Shown here one piece after another: positions 14,967 through 28,259 of a DNA stretch of 64,000 nt (position 1 is the first letter of the stretch; every line of letters starts with the position of its first letter). The notes below the pieces were generated by a model. That model did not search any database and was not told where the DNA came from. It was given only the letters and a program-made list of their open reading frames with translations. The stretch lies in the NCBI GenBank assembly GCA_951406725.2, contig OX597826.1, positions 39,556,001 through 39,620,000 on the forward strand, given 5' to 3'. The DNA is from Octopus vulgaris (Eukaryota). The translations under genes and the position numbers were made by a program.

Positions 14967-15567
14967 CATTCAACTACGGAAGTAATTGAATAATATTCTT
15001 AAGGCAGCAATTTGCTCACACGCAGCATCTTCAGAGCTGTGTCGCTCATTCAGTTCTTAACCAAATTGAAAACTGTTAACAGTTTTAAAGTGGGCTGGGG
15101 GTTACTAAAAAAAATTTGTTTGTGAACTTTTAAAATAAAACGAGGTTTCTTAGGATCAAGTGGTTCTGTCTTCATCTTTAAGTAATACTTCTCCATAATT
15201 TCCTTAGCCTCAAGGTTGGTTTTCCTGAGTGCACCTTTACTGGTAATCCTATAGTTTTTTAAATTTCTTTTTGAAGCAGTTCTAGGTAATAGTCGTTGGT
15301 AAGTTTGTACAGGTTTCCCATTATTTAGAATTGTCGATGTGGAGTTAACCATTCAAATTTTCCTAATTTCTTTGTTCATTTATCTTATCCCCTGTGCTAT
15401 ATGAATGCATGATGTGGTTACAGAGTCAGTTTTGACTATTTCTGGCATGGCAGTGCCTCTTCGGTACCCTTAATTATAATTATACTTATATTATTATTAT
15501 TACCTACACGGAATTTTCCATGCAGGCCACTTGATATGATCGTTATTCTAAATAATGGTCTTATCCT

Positions 15568-15601
<34 letters not shown>

Positions 15602-17471
15602 GCATACAAGTAGACCCATACATATATATTTATATACATATGGATGTTTATGCGTGTGTGTGTGTGTGTCTGTTTGTGTGTGCGTGCGTTGGTCTGTAAC
15701 AAACTGGTGAGAGAAAAATGTCTGTCTGCTGATAAGATTTTTTATATTTTTCACTTAGCTCAATTGACTGACTCCAGGACGATGAAAGAAAGTGCCAGTT
15801 CCGAAGATAAATAAACGAAATTATGTATAACAAAAGTAAATACATAGATGATGTTTCAAAGGACTCCACAATTTCCTCCTCAATTTTGTTATTACAAAAA
15901 AAAAAAAAAAAAAAAAAAATGTCGAATTCTTTTGCATCCAGCAAAAATGGTGATTTGTGATGGTCTGATTGTTATACGCTTCCTCGAGTACACTAGTCTG
16001 TAACGAAAGTGAAATTGTTTAAATATGAGATGAAAATGGCATCCCAGTCTCTGGTGGGAAAGATATTTTTCACCTCTTTCTGTATGCCCTTTGTGAAGTT
16101 CTCTGGAGAAATATTGGTTTATTTTTGCTGCTGCATACGAGAGAAATATTGGTAGAGTCTATGAAATAAATTCTAATAGAAAATGAAAGGCTGAAATCAG
16201 TTCCAGTGGAAGCTGAATGCCTAAAATCTACTTGAATGGAAGTTGGATGGCTAAAATTGGACTCAAAGCAGGTTGAATGGATAAATACCAATTCTATGGA
16301 AGCTGAGTAGATTAAAGTTGAATTCAATAAAAGCTGAATTTTATTTTAGATCCATCTGAATGGAAGTTGGAATCTTTCAAGATCGAATCTCAAAAGAACA
16401 ATTTGAACAAAAAACAAGAAATCATTACTATTCGCAAACACCCATATGAGAAACAAGTTATTGCAAAATATTAAAGCCGGCATCTTTTTCTTTCTAAATA
16501 TCTAGACCTCATATTTCTGATCTAAACATAAAGAAACCCTCATTGACTATTTTATAACACATCAAATTAAACCGCCTATGTATATAAACTTTACAGGAAT
16601 TAATAATTTATCGTGAAATTTACCCCTATCAATACTAGTATATATTACCATCTGCACAGGTTAAAGAAAGAGTAAGCATGCAGATAAGTATTCTTGCTTT
16701 GTTAATTGTGGTAAATAGTTTCATTTACTAGTTTTATTCAATAAATTTATAACATATATAGAGGTTTTTTACTGTTTAAATATTATTAATTTACGTTTGT
16801 CATAATAATGGAGTTCTTAGATCTGAAAAGGATCTGTGTTCTTTCAGCTACCATTTTCCACTTGATTTTACGTGGTGTGGTGTTAGACTTTCAAACCTCA
16901 CACATGGCTAGCCAGCTTAGTGGCTTTACTTTCGTCCCTGTGCTGGAAGGAAGATATGTGGTTAGTTATGCCACACTGCATACAATCATGTGCAAAATAG
17001 TTGAAAGCTTCACACCATATGTCAACGGATCCAAAAAATGTATGCTATTCATAGCTGAAAGAACACAGATCCTTTTCAGATCCAAGAACTCCACTGCACT
17101 GCTGAATTTCAGATCTGAAATATTCAAAGGATGTAAACATATGGATAAGTTTCATTTGGCGAATTGGAAAATACCACCCTCTCCAAATTGAGCAGCTCTG
17201 CTGCACTCTAGGCCCCTATCCATTCAAGGATATAACTCTAATTTTCCTCGCTCTTTCTTTTTATTTTTTTATTTTTCAGTATTTCATCTTTTACATCTAA
17301 TTCCTTCTCACCTTTTCTCTTATCGTATTGTCCTGTTTTAGTTTGTTATACCATTTGGCTAGAGTCTGAAGGCACCAGATGTGTTATAAAATGCTGTCTG
17401 AGTAGTTTTCATCACATGAAACTATTAGCAGCTCATAAAAATATATACTGTTTATCAAATAACATCATATA

Positions 17472-17657
17472 TCTCTCTCTATATAAACGGCAGTTTGTCT
17501 GTGCGTGCTTAGGGGACGCAACTCCACCTTTTTTTACTCTCAAAAAAATTTACCATCATTTTTTTCCATTTTTTTGCTATTTTTTGCTATAACTCTCTAA
17601 AAATGCTTTATAGTTATTTCCCTTACAAACCTGAGCAACGCCGGGCGATACTGCTAG
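17472..17657 (+). mobile_element. Internally deleted copy of the Helitron-like element
   Basis: tctctatataaacggcagtttg...gcaacgccgggcgatactgCTAG|t. Confidence 0.72.
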
Positions 17658-18415
17658 TGTATATATAAATAAAATACGAAATTGTTCATAAATATTTATT
17701 TACAACATTCATTAACATAAGGTGTTTATTACTTACCTAATGCCAATTACATAATCAAAATATATTGTCAAATCATCAGAGACTTCTAACTTTTATACAT
17801 TGAAATGATGGCAGACTTCACCATCATGGAAATGACAGTCACTAGTCATCTTAATGATGATGAATTATGTCATCTTTCCAATCCAATAATGTTGCATATA
17901 GTTTATATGTCTTTGATAATTTGACATTAAATCTTCATTATGTAATTTGTATTGTGTATCTAATGACAATCTCATGTGAATTAAATGTAAGATGGTGTAT
18001 CTTATAAACAATCTCTGTTTTGTACTGATTTTTTCATATATGCAGCATAACACTTAAAACCAGGATTCAAAAGAAAAAAAAATACACTTCCTAACACGTG
18101 AACAGAAATACACCTGGTCTCTCTAAATTGTTGGTTGTCAGTGCAATTTAAAGTTTAAACTGCACTGACTGAATCAACATTGATATAGAACTGAAGGTTA
18201 TAAACCATAAACAATAAAGATAACAAAAAATATATTTAAAGTTAACAAATATAGATTTTAATATGCAAAACATAGTACAGTAAGTAAAATATATTTTATT
18301 AACATACATATAATATTATTCTACAATAAAAGCCTGTATCTCCAATGAACATAATGGAAACAAATTGTTGACTAAGCAAGAAGACTGTGCACAGTATACA
18401 CAGCTACAGATGGAA

Positions 18416-18528
<113 letters not shown>

Positions 18529-19467
18529 ATGAGTATGTCTGATTAAAGAATTTTCAAAACATATATCTGGCTTGCTTGTAATGATATCAATGTTGTTTCC
18601 TTAAAAAACAATAAGATAAAAATATCCAAATGGAATGAAAGTTTTATCTATTGCCCAAGCATAATGTTTCTGATTGGTGATCAAATCCAGACAATGGGTT
18701 TGGCTTACTTGAAGCTTTATTTTCAACCGTATAAAATTTCTCTTCTTATATATATGTGGCATCAGTTAACAAGATCTCAAGGCAATGAAATATTAAAGGA
18801 AAATGAATGGAATGTTTATATCCTTTACCTTTCAAAGTAACAGTTTATAAAGTATATTTTGTGAAGTAGATTTAACAAGAGGTAAAAACGAATATGTGGC
18901 TAGAGTAAACATAGCATTATATAACATACACATGATTGTATCATATCACAGCCAACACTATTACAACATACTTTAAATTATATCATAGCTGTCCTATTAG
19001 GGTCGTGAGCTGGCAGAATCAAAATGATTAGTGATATTTCATCCATCTGCACTTTGTAAGCTCAAATTCCACTAAGGTTGACTTTGCCTTTCATCCTTTG
19101 CAGGGTCGGTAAAATAAGTACCAGTTGAGTACTGGGGTCAATATATTCGACTTAGCCATTCCCCCCAAATTGCTGGCCCTGTGCCAAAATTTGAAACCAT
19201 TATTATATTATAGCCAACATTATGTTATATCACAGCATCATTACATTAACATACTATATTATAGTTGGCATTACTTTATATGACACATTTAGTGTTTCAT
19301 ATACATATGTGTGTGAGTGTGTGTTTTCATACATTCTATTCCTGTCATATAGACATTGCAGCATTATGAATTTAATTTTAGTCAAATTTTTAACAATAAA
19401 AATAATAATGGCTATTTCTGAATTAGGGAAAAGGACTGACATTTTTGGAGAAGGATTTAATCAACTA

Positions 19468-19989
19468 AATTGTCCCCAATACTTGACAAGTATATACTAG
19501 AAGGATGGCAGGTGAAGTTGACCATGGTGGAATTTGAACCTAAAAAATATAAGGAACCTGAACAAACACTACAAAGCATTTTATCAGAGGGTCTAAAGAT
19601 TCTGCCAATACACCACCCCTTACAATACCAATAATAATGATTTCACATTTATATTAACACAGATTGTACATGATATAATGTTTTAGCATTAAAAAATTTT
19701 TTTCCGCATAAGATATAATAAAACTGTAAATTGTCCCCCATACTTGACAAGTATATACTAGAAGGATGAAAGGTGAAGTTGACCATGGTGGAATTTGAAC
19801 CTAAAAAATATAAGGAACCAGAACAAACACTACAAAGCATTTTATCAGAGGGTCTAAAGATTCTGCCAATCCACCACCCCTTACAATACCAATAATAATG
19901 ATTTCACATTTATATTAACACAGATTGTACATGATATAATGTTTTACCATTAAAAAATTTTTTTCCGCATAAGATATAATAAAACTGTA
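19468..19989. repeat. Tandem duplication, 2 x about 260 bp, just downstream of the gene A stop codon
   Basis: Units start at 19468 and 19728 and are near-identical. Confidence 0.92.
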
Positions 19990-20018
19990 CCCCAGGGACC
20001 TTCATTTTACTGGGAACC

Positions 20019-20290
20019 CTAGTTTGGGGGTTTATCCATCCTGAAAATATTTGCATCAGAAAGAGGAGGGTATAGCAATTTTTGGAGAGGAAGATGATTA
20101 CTTTCCTTTTTGACTAGCAGGGGCAAAGAAAAGCAACCTAATTTAAACTCCTCTTGAATTCCAGCCTTTATTTCCAACTTGACACAGGCTGAGAATCTGT
20201 GTTTGTTAAAGGTGACATTATAGAATTTTACACATAATTTCACTTCAGGTAGTTGAGGTAAGCCAATACATACAGGTGGAGGATTCTTCA
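20019..20290 (-). CDS. Gene A exon 4 (terminal), DUF4773-like protein
   Basis: tatcttccag|TG AAG AAT CCT...; (V)KNPPPVCIGLPQLPEVKLCVKFYNVTFNKHRFSACVKLEIKAGIQEEFKLGCFSLPL...PPN*. The S-x-[KR]-NPPxxC...C...C...LGCF pattern is typical of DUF4773. Total CDS 603 nt = 200 aa plus stop. Confidence 0.92.
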
Positions 20291-20313
20291 CTGGAAGATA
20301 GAAAAGAAGGATA

Positions 20314-20348
<35 letters not shown>

Positions 20349-20409
20349 TAATGATAATAATAATAATAATAATAATAGCAAAAATGATAATAATAATGAT
20401 TAAGTAGAT

Positions 20410-21010
20410 GTGAGAGCCTTCCACAAAAAGAATACAAATGCTGCCATGATTTGTATTCATGGCAGCGTGAATACAAATTGGCTTTTGTGCCATAAATACC
20501 AATATGAAGTAACAGAGAACTGGTATGAGCATGTACCAAGTAAAATTACACAGGAAGATGGAAAAGTAACGATACTCTGGAACTATGGTTTTCAGATAGA
20601 TCATGTAATCGAAAACTGTCGGCCAGATATTGTCATATTGAATAAGAGAGACAAATACTGTCAGAATGTTGTGAGTAAAGAGGTTGAAATAATCACCAAG
20701 TACTCAGAATTGAAAGTGGAAATGGCAAGACTGAATGGAATACGAGAGGGTAATGTAAAAGTGATACCAGTGGTAAGTGAAGTGTTGGGATAAATCCCAT
20801 TGAAACCTCAAGACTTCTTAAGGTAACTGGAAATCTCATGCAAAATTGATGTCGTGCAAAAAGCAGCCATATTGGGCACAGTGCACATCTTAAGGAAAGT
20901 ATTATCAGTCTGAGGTCCTTATTGTGACTTGTCAGATGACTAAAGACTCTGGTGCATTTTTACTTACACTGAGTAATGAAGGAATAATAATAATAACCAT
21001 AATAATAATA
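20410..21010 (+). mobile_element. R4/Dong-like LINE REL fragment with (AAT)n tail
   Basis: WYEHVP..ILWNY..RPDIVI..KITKY-like..IPVV. Confidence 0.8.
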
Positions 21011-21037
21011 AACAAGAAGAGTATGACGCAATTTGTA

Positions 21038-21620
21038 ATCATCATCATCATCATCATCATTGTTTAACATCCGTTTTCCATGCTAGCATGGGTTGGACGG
21101 TTCAACTGGGGTCTGGGAAGTCAGTAGGCTGCGCCAGGCCCAGTCTGATCTGGCAGTGTTTCTACAGCTGGATGCTCTTCTTAATGCCAACCACTCTGTG
21201 AGTGTAGTGGGTGCTTTTTACATGCCACCTGCACAGGTGCCAGACGAGGCTGGCAAACAGCCACGATCGGATGGTGCTTTTTACGTGCCACTGGCACGGG
21301 GACCAGATGAGGCTGGCAACGGCCACAATCGGATGGTGCTTTTTACGTGCCACCAGCATGGAGGCCAGTCAGGGCGGTGCTGGCAACAGTCAGGGCGGTG
21401 CTGGCAACAGTCACGTTCAGATGGTTCTCTTATGTGCCACTGGCACTGGTATCACAGCTACAACTTCCATTGATGTTGATCGATTTTGATTTTGATTTTG
21501 ATTTTCATTTGCCTCAACAGGTCTTCATAAGTAGGGTTTGTGTCACAAGAAGGAAAGGTATGCATAAGTGGGCTGGCTACGTCCCAGGTAGAGGCCACGG
21601 GTTATGGTCTCACTTGTCCT
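21038..21620 (-). mobile_element. RTE-associated 3' repeat with (GAT)n tail and internal ggtgctttttacgtgccac tandem units
   Basis: Related copies at 23772-24170, 26415-26940 and, in opposite orientation, 26940-27365. Confidence 0.7.
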
Positions 21621-21739
21621 GCCTCAACAGATCTTCTTCAGGTTCAAAATGTAAAATGAAAATAACTGCAGAAACACAGAAATTCAAAATATAAAGAAAG
21701 AAATCTTGCGTTCCTATTTCAATAGAATGACATCATCAG

Positions 21740-23720
21740 CTTTTAATTCCATATTTGGAAAAAGGAAAAAGAAGAAAGAAAAAAGAAAAAAAGAAATAAG
21801 AATATTTTGTCAAACAGTTTCGTATAAATGTGATGAAATTCACCTATCATTTTATTCATTCCTCCAGGACATGACGCTAGTAATTCACAAATATATTTGT
21901 CCCCATGCATTTCAAGGACTGAAAAAGTTGTAGAGTGAATATTTTCTGAGAATGTGCACTTTTTGGTGTTCCTCAAAATTGCAATCGTTTGATGTAAAAT
22001 GTTCTATCAAACTACTGCTGTTGTGCCTGAAGTTATACCTGTGCCCATGGAAACTTTTGTTAAATTGTTATGTTGTACAACCAACATAAATTAAATTGTG
22101 TTTATAGCATTCTGTTGTGTACACCAAATGGAAATCTTTACAAGTCTATTTAAATCATAACATTTCTGTTATGATTTGTGATGAAATTGACTTGGCTCAT
22201 GTTGTTGCATAATGAACAGAGCTTACCTCTCTTGCAGCTGTTTGTCAAGGTACAGTATTCAGAAGCTTCAATAGTAGGTTTCTTGGGGTCAGAGGTAGTG
22301 GTTAAAATTTCTCTTGTATTTTTATTGCATCTAAAGGCTACAATAAGCATCTGTAGGAATATTTGTTTGAAACAAGGATATTTTCCTGCAAGATGCTGGT
22401 ATCTTTCATGCAACACTTTTGAAATGCCAGTGAAATTTCAGTGTCAGCTAATCACTGATGGAAGTCTATCACAAATTTTACCTTGGTTGCTAAAATTATG
22501 CTTGTAAATTTGACTTTACTCTCTCTTTTCTCTTTTACTTGTTTCAGTCATTTGACTGCGGCCATGCTGGAGCACCACCTTTAGTCGAGCAAATCGACCC
22601 CGGGGCTTATTCTTTGTAAGCCCAGTACTTATTCTATCGGTCTCTTTTGCCAAACCGCTAAGTAACGGGGACGTAAACACACCATGTGGTTGGTTAGCAA
22701 GCTACTTACCACACAGCCACTCCTGCGCCTATCCTTGTAAATTTTAGCTATGTCATTTGTGATTTCCTTTAATCATGATTAAATGTTGTACAAAAGCATT
22801 TGCAGGTTTCCCCCATAGCAGTACAAATCTGATTTATCCTCAAAAATTGGGATTTTGAATTTGACCTAATTATATGATGTGGATGATTCGAGTGGCAGTG
22901 GAGGTAAATGCGGGATAATGTGGGCTTGGAAAATAACTCTGTCACTATTCTGTCTCCAGAAAACTTTTGCGTCCAAAAACTCAACACTAGTTTTTGAAAA
23001 ACTAGGTGTAAGCTTTCTATTGGACTTAAAGCCATAGTTTTTAGCATAACAATCACAGAAATACAAGAATCTAACTGAACTGTCCTGTGATCCTCCTCAG
23101 ATGTAAAATACATCTTCAATGAACCATAACCAGAATATTGGTTCATGACCACGCAGGGATTTAAATGTCATCATTAAGTGTGGTGAATAAAGTTTTGTCC
23201 AAATGTCATTGTGTTACATTGTAATACAAACTACAGAGAAAATTAGATGGAATACTTTTCTGCGACCATTCTTTAAAGGCATTCATGCATGCTTCCACCC
23301 ACTCATCATGGTCAATATTGGGGTAGAATAAAGAAACATTTATAGTTACCAAAAAAACAGATTTCAACAGAACTTTGGTGTTCAGAAAAGTTGTTAATTG
23401 TAGGCACAAAATCAAAAGTATCCTGAACATAGGAACTAGATCTTTTTGCTACAGGGAGTAGAGAGCTATTCTGAAATTTTGACTGTACAACATTCACATC
23501 CACCGCAAATTGAGTGCATTGGAGGACATTTTTCAAACATTTTGTATATTTTGGGGAGACCATAAAGTACAGATGTTTTTTGTTCTCACTGTAAAATCCT
23601 GGATTCAGTCTTATTTATGAAATTATTTTCCTCCATTTCCAGAATTATTTTGTCAAGTTCCTCTCACTAATTCTTCATATAAAGTTTTGTCACTTAAAAC
23701 TTTTTCGCAAGCTGAAACAG
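21740..23720 (-). mobile_element. Degenerate Penelope-like element (RT, Cys linker, GIY-YIG) in gene A intron 3
   Basis: SYVQDTFDF, LFYPNID, KPT..YLHCHSNHPHH..SQFLRINQIC, IVAFRCNKN, CKRGKLCSLC, LVYTTECYKHNLIYVGCT. Interrupted by a SINE (22512-22733) with a cttgtaaattt TSD. Confidence 0.85.
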
Positions 23721-24174
23721 GAACACAGGATTACTTCATTTACATTTTAAATTTGTGTTTCTGCAGTTATTTCATCATCATTGTCATCATCATTTAATGG
23801 CCCTTTTCCATGCTGGTATAGGTTGCACGGTTTGACTGAGGACCGGCTCCAATCTGATCTGGCAAGGTTTCTACAGTTGGATGCCCTTCCTAATGCCAAC
23901 CACTCTGAGAGAATAGTGGGTGCATTTTATGTGCCACCAGCATCAGTGCCAGTCAGGTGGCACTGCATTGGCCACTACTATGATTTCACTTGACTCAACA
24001 GGTCTTTCAAGCACAGCATATTGCCTGATGATTTAAGGATATTTTTAAACAGGCCAGTTATGCAAGACTGGCATCAGCCATGGCTATGATCTCACTTGGC
24101 TTGCCAGGTCTTTTCAAGCACAGCAAATCTCCAAAGGTCTCAGTCATATGTCAGTGCCTCTGTGAGGCCTAATG

Positions 24175-24610
24175 TTTGAAGGTTGTGCAACCACTCATCT
24201 ATTACTAGTTTCCACATTAACCACCAGATAAGGGATTGGGGCACTCTGTCAAAGGCTTTCTCTATGTCAATGAAAGCCAAGTACAGAGGTTTGTCCTTGG
24301 CTAGCAATTTCTCCTGCAGCTGTCTTACCAGAAATATAGCATCAGTGGTGCTTCTCCCTGGCACAAACCCAAACTGCATCTTGTCTAGACTAACTCTCAC
24401 CCCAATTAGTTGGACTATGGCTCTCTCCATGACTTTCATCTCCTGATCCAATAATTTGATACCTCTGTAGTTATTCCTATGAAACACATCACATTTACCT
24501 TTGTAGCAGTTGACTATGGTACTGCTACAACAGTCATTGGGTATGACTCCTTCATGTGTTACCTGGTTGACTATACGGGTGACTAGATTATAGCCTATAC
24601 TGCCAAACCT
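24175..24610 (-). mobile_element. RTE-like LINE reverse transcriptase fragment
   Basis: NYRGIKLL..QFGFVPGRSTTDAIFLVRQLQEK..AFIDIEKAFDRVP. Confidence 0.9.
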
Positions 24611-25484
24611 GAAGAAGACATGACTTGTTGAGATATCATTCAAACTGCTAAATAAACAATCTATTACAAATCACATGGCACTCTTCTTATTGTCTATTTA
24701 CCTTCATGAAGAGTTATGTCAATCTTTATAAATTATTATCATTATTATGGGTGTAGACCTAGAAAGACACAGGATGAGGCAAAGTAGCTGAGTTTCTTTC
24801 AAGGGTTGGGCCTCACAGAGGCAAAGTGGCCGAGTTCCTTTTGAGTGTTGGGCCTTACAGAGGCAATGACCAAAATCTTTGGCATTATATTGTGCTTCAG
24901 AAGACCCATCAAGCCAAGCAAAATTGCAGTCATGGCAGATACCGGTGTCATGCAGATAAAATAATAACAATAATAATATCTTTGGGGTTTGGATAATTCA
25001 CATTTGGAAATGTAAGTGTTTCGTTCAACCTCCTCAAACAACCCTTATTCAGGGACCTTTTGAGCAAGATGGGCTACTTGACCTGCAGAAAATTGTAACA
25101 GGACCCCACCTGCAAGGTCATGCGCTGTTTATCTTGATATGAGATCACAGTGTCATGCATATATGGTTGTGATGCATGTACCTGGTGTACCCTTATCAGA
25201 TAGGTAGTCATGATGGATATACTGAGCTTCATATATTTTACCCCAGTGTCACTTTGATGGCATGCACTGCTCTCTCACTCAATAATTATAATAATAATGT
25301 ATTGGTATAAAAGATGAGTTACAGCAAATATTCTGCTCAATACCACAAATTTGCTTGTCAGTTACTTGACCATAACCAATGAACATGTCCCTTAATGTGC
25401 ATCTGTGATCACAAGCAGGAGTAGTGGTGGAACATCATAGCCATGTTGAGAGGAATTCTATGGAACTTGAATAATTCACCTCCG

Positions 25485-25720
25485 GAAACATGGTATGAAC
25501 ACAAACAACAGAGAGTGGCTGTGTCAGAAACCTGTAAAACCCGGTGGGATTTCCCAGTCCAAACAGACCAGGTGCTTGAGCACAAGCCAGACATTGTAGT
25601 GGGGGACAAAGTGAAACACATGTACTCTATAACTGATGTTGTGTGCTTCTTTAACCCACAAATAGTTAAGACGGAAGGCAAAATAGTAGACATAAATAAT
25701 TTACACAACATTGAAAAAGT
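25485..25720 (+). mobile_element. REL-type LINE fragment
   Basis: WYEHK..WDFPVQTDQVLEHKPDIVV. Confidence 0.7.
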
Positions 25721-26112
25721 AATGAAAAAACAACATAAGTTGGATAATGCAGTCCAAAATACACTATATCAGAATAACTGGTATACCGTCATTAGGTCAA
25801 GGTTGACCCAGAGCTACACATTAATAATATCAACATACAAAGACAAACAAATGAGGCATCCTCTACATAGTTACTTGACTTGCTAGAAACAGCAGCTGAT
25901 TTCTCCTCAAATCATATCTAAAGACTTAAATAACAAAGGAGAGATGTTAGACTATGTAACCCCACATACACCTAAATACCAGGACGGCCATTGCTAGGAA
26001 GCTTCCAGTCATATAGTAGGTTGCCAGAACAGAGTTGGCCTGAGGTTGAATTAGCAACATAAGCAATAGACAAGGTAAGTTATAGGTCATTAAAATAATT
26101 AGTTCTTCTCAC

Positions 26113-26205
26113 CTGATATAGAATATTCATAAATAGTCTTGTTATCCCAGAGTAACTCGACTTCAGCTCCAATGTCTTCTCGTAAATAAGAAAGTTTAAT
26201 ACAAG
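26113..26205 (-). CDS. Gene A exon 3, DUF4773-like protein
   Basis: ctcttctttccag| ... TCA G|gtgaga, 93 nt, phase 1-1; (A)CIKLSYLREDIGAEVELLWDNKTIYEYSIS; 19/31 aa identical to gene B exon 3. Confidence 0.92.
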
Positions 26206-27749
26206 CTGGAAAGAAGAGAAACATTGTCATTTGCAATAGTAAAGGCAAATACTTATTGACTGAATGTATTCAGTGGCAGATGTGTGTGCATTTTTGATGG
26301 TGTGTATGCATCATTGATTTTGCATACATGCAGGCATGTGTGTATGTGTGGGGGTGCATGTTTTTTAGTGTTTGTGTGTGAGCATTCTTCTCACTTGTTC
26401 ACAGTTTATGGCTGTCATCATCATCATCATCATCGTTTAGCATCCGCTTTCCATGCTGGCATGGGTTGGATGGTTCAACTGGGGTCTGGGAAGCCAGAAG
26501 GCTGCACCAGGCCCAGTCTGATCTGGCAATGTTTCTACGGCTGGATGCCCTTCCTAACACCAACCACTCCATAAGTGTAGTGGGTGCTTTTTACATGCCA
26601 CTGGCACAGGTGCCAGACGAGGCTGGCAAACAGCCACGATTGGATGGTGCTTTTTACGTGCCAATGGCGCTGTATGTCCTATTTTGCTCTTATCACTCAA
26701 AGAAATATTGAATTCATCCATACATATGTTGGGCCTCACAGAGGCAATGACAAGAGATTGAGACCTCTGGAGATATGCTGTAGCCTATACCAGTGTCACA
26801 TAACTAGCCCATTTAAAAAGTACCCTTGAATCATTGGGCAACATGCCGTGCTTGAGGAAACCTACTGAGTCAAGTAAAATCAAAAATCAAAATCAAAATC
26901 AGAGTCTCAATCAAATTGAAATCGTAGTTCTGGCTGATGCCACTGCTACCTGACTGACTCCTGTGCTGGTGGCATGCAATAAGCACCATTCATGCATGGG
27001 TCATTGCCAGTGCAAAGGTTCACTGGATCCCCATGCAGGTGGCACATAAAAAGCACCATCCGAACGTGGTCAATGCAAGCCCCACCACCCTGACTGGCTC
27101 CTGTGCTGGTAGCACGTAAAAAGCACCATCCGAACGTGACCAATACCAGTGCTGCCTGACTGGCTCCCGTGCCAGTGGCACATAAAAAAGCACCCACTAC
27201 ACTCTTGGAGTGGTTGGCATTAGGAAGGGCATCCAGCTGTAGAAACATTGCCAGATTAGATTGGAGCCTGGTGGAGCCTCCTGGCTTGTCAATCCCCAGT
27301 CAAACAGTCCAACTCATGCCAGCATGGAAAAACGGATGTTAAATGATGATAATGATGATGATAATGTACTTATTCACACATACATCCATCTACCTATAAA
27401 TATAGATGTGTTTATGTATACACATACATATGCACACGTGCACATATTTACATGTATCTACCCAAGCATATGTTGGTGGAAGGGCATACATATCTGGGCT
27501 CAGATGGTAGAAGTGTGGTAATTCCTAATTCTTCTATACTTTACAGTATAAACACCAGAAGAAAATCTTTGCTCACCAACTGAATAAACCAGCAAGAAAA
27601 AGCTTCAACCAAAATGAATTTTATAATACCTACCTAAAACAGACACACACATATGCACACCTAAAAAGACACACAAAATCTGGATTGCTCTAAGTAAGCT
27701 TTTTCCATTCATGTATGTATACATATAATCATCATCATCATCATCATCA

Positions 27750-27799
<50 letters not shown>

Positions 27800-28259
27800 A
27801 ATACAGAAACATCTATATACACACATTTTATTTAGGTCAATCTGTATATCTTTTGTCATTGGACTGCGAACATTATGAGGCACCCACTTAAAGGGGTTTA
27901 GTCAAAATAATTGACCTAAAGACATTTTTTTTTAATGTCTGGTACTTATTTTATTGCGTTGTTTTGCCGAACTGCTAAGTTACAAACCATCAGTAAACAA
28001 ACCATCATCAGTTGTCATACAGTGGTAGGAAACAAACAGTAAGAAAAATACGTCTGTCTGGTTATTGGGTTATTTATATTTATTTCAGGAAACAGGGAAG
28101 AGAAGGATGACATCAGTGTGACTTGATTAAATAGGAAGGTGATGTGGATGAAGAAAATGATAGCGGTGATGATGTTGGTGGGAGTCAGTGATGGTGTGGT
28201 AGAAAGTTATGTAAGAGAGAGAGATGGAAAGAATTTAATGTTAAAGAAATATCTCTTAC

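Noticed and set aside
15469-15503. 35-nt GT-AG intron joining exon-like segments
   Set aside because: Too short for a typical metazoan intron; the phase match may be chance, so no gene model is called.
16808-17191. 127-aa plus-strand ORF as a host gene
   Set aside because: No clear splice structure or recognisable host domain; more likely a decayed LINE fragment, left unassigned.
21200-21460. CRISPR-like repeated ggtgctttttacgtgccac units
   Set aside because: Eukaryotic context, the intervening sequences are related to each other, there are no cas genes, and the same units recur inside a dispersed retroelement-associated repeat.
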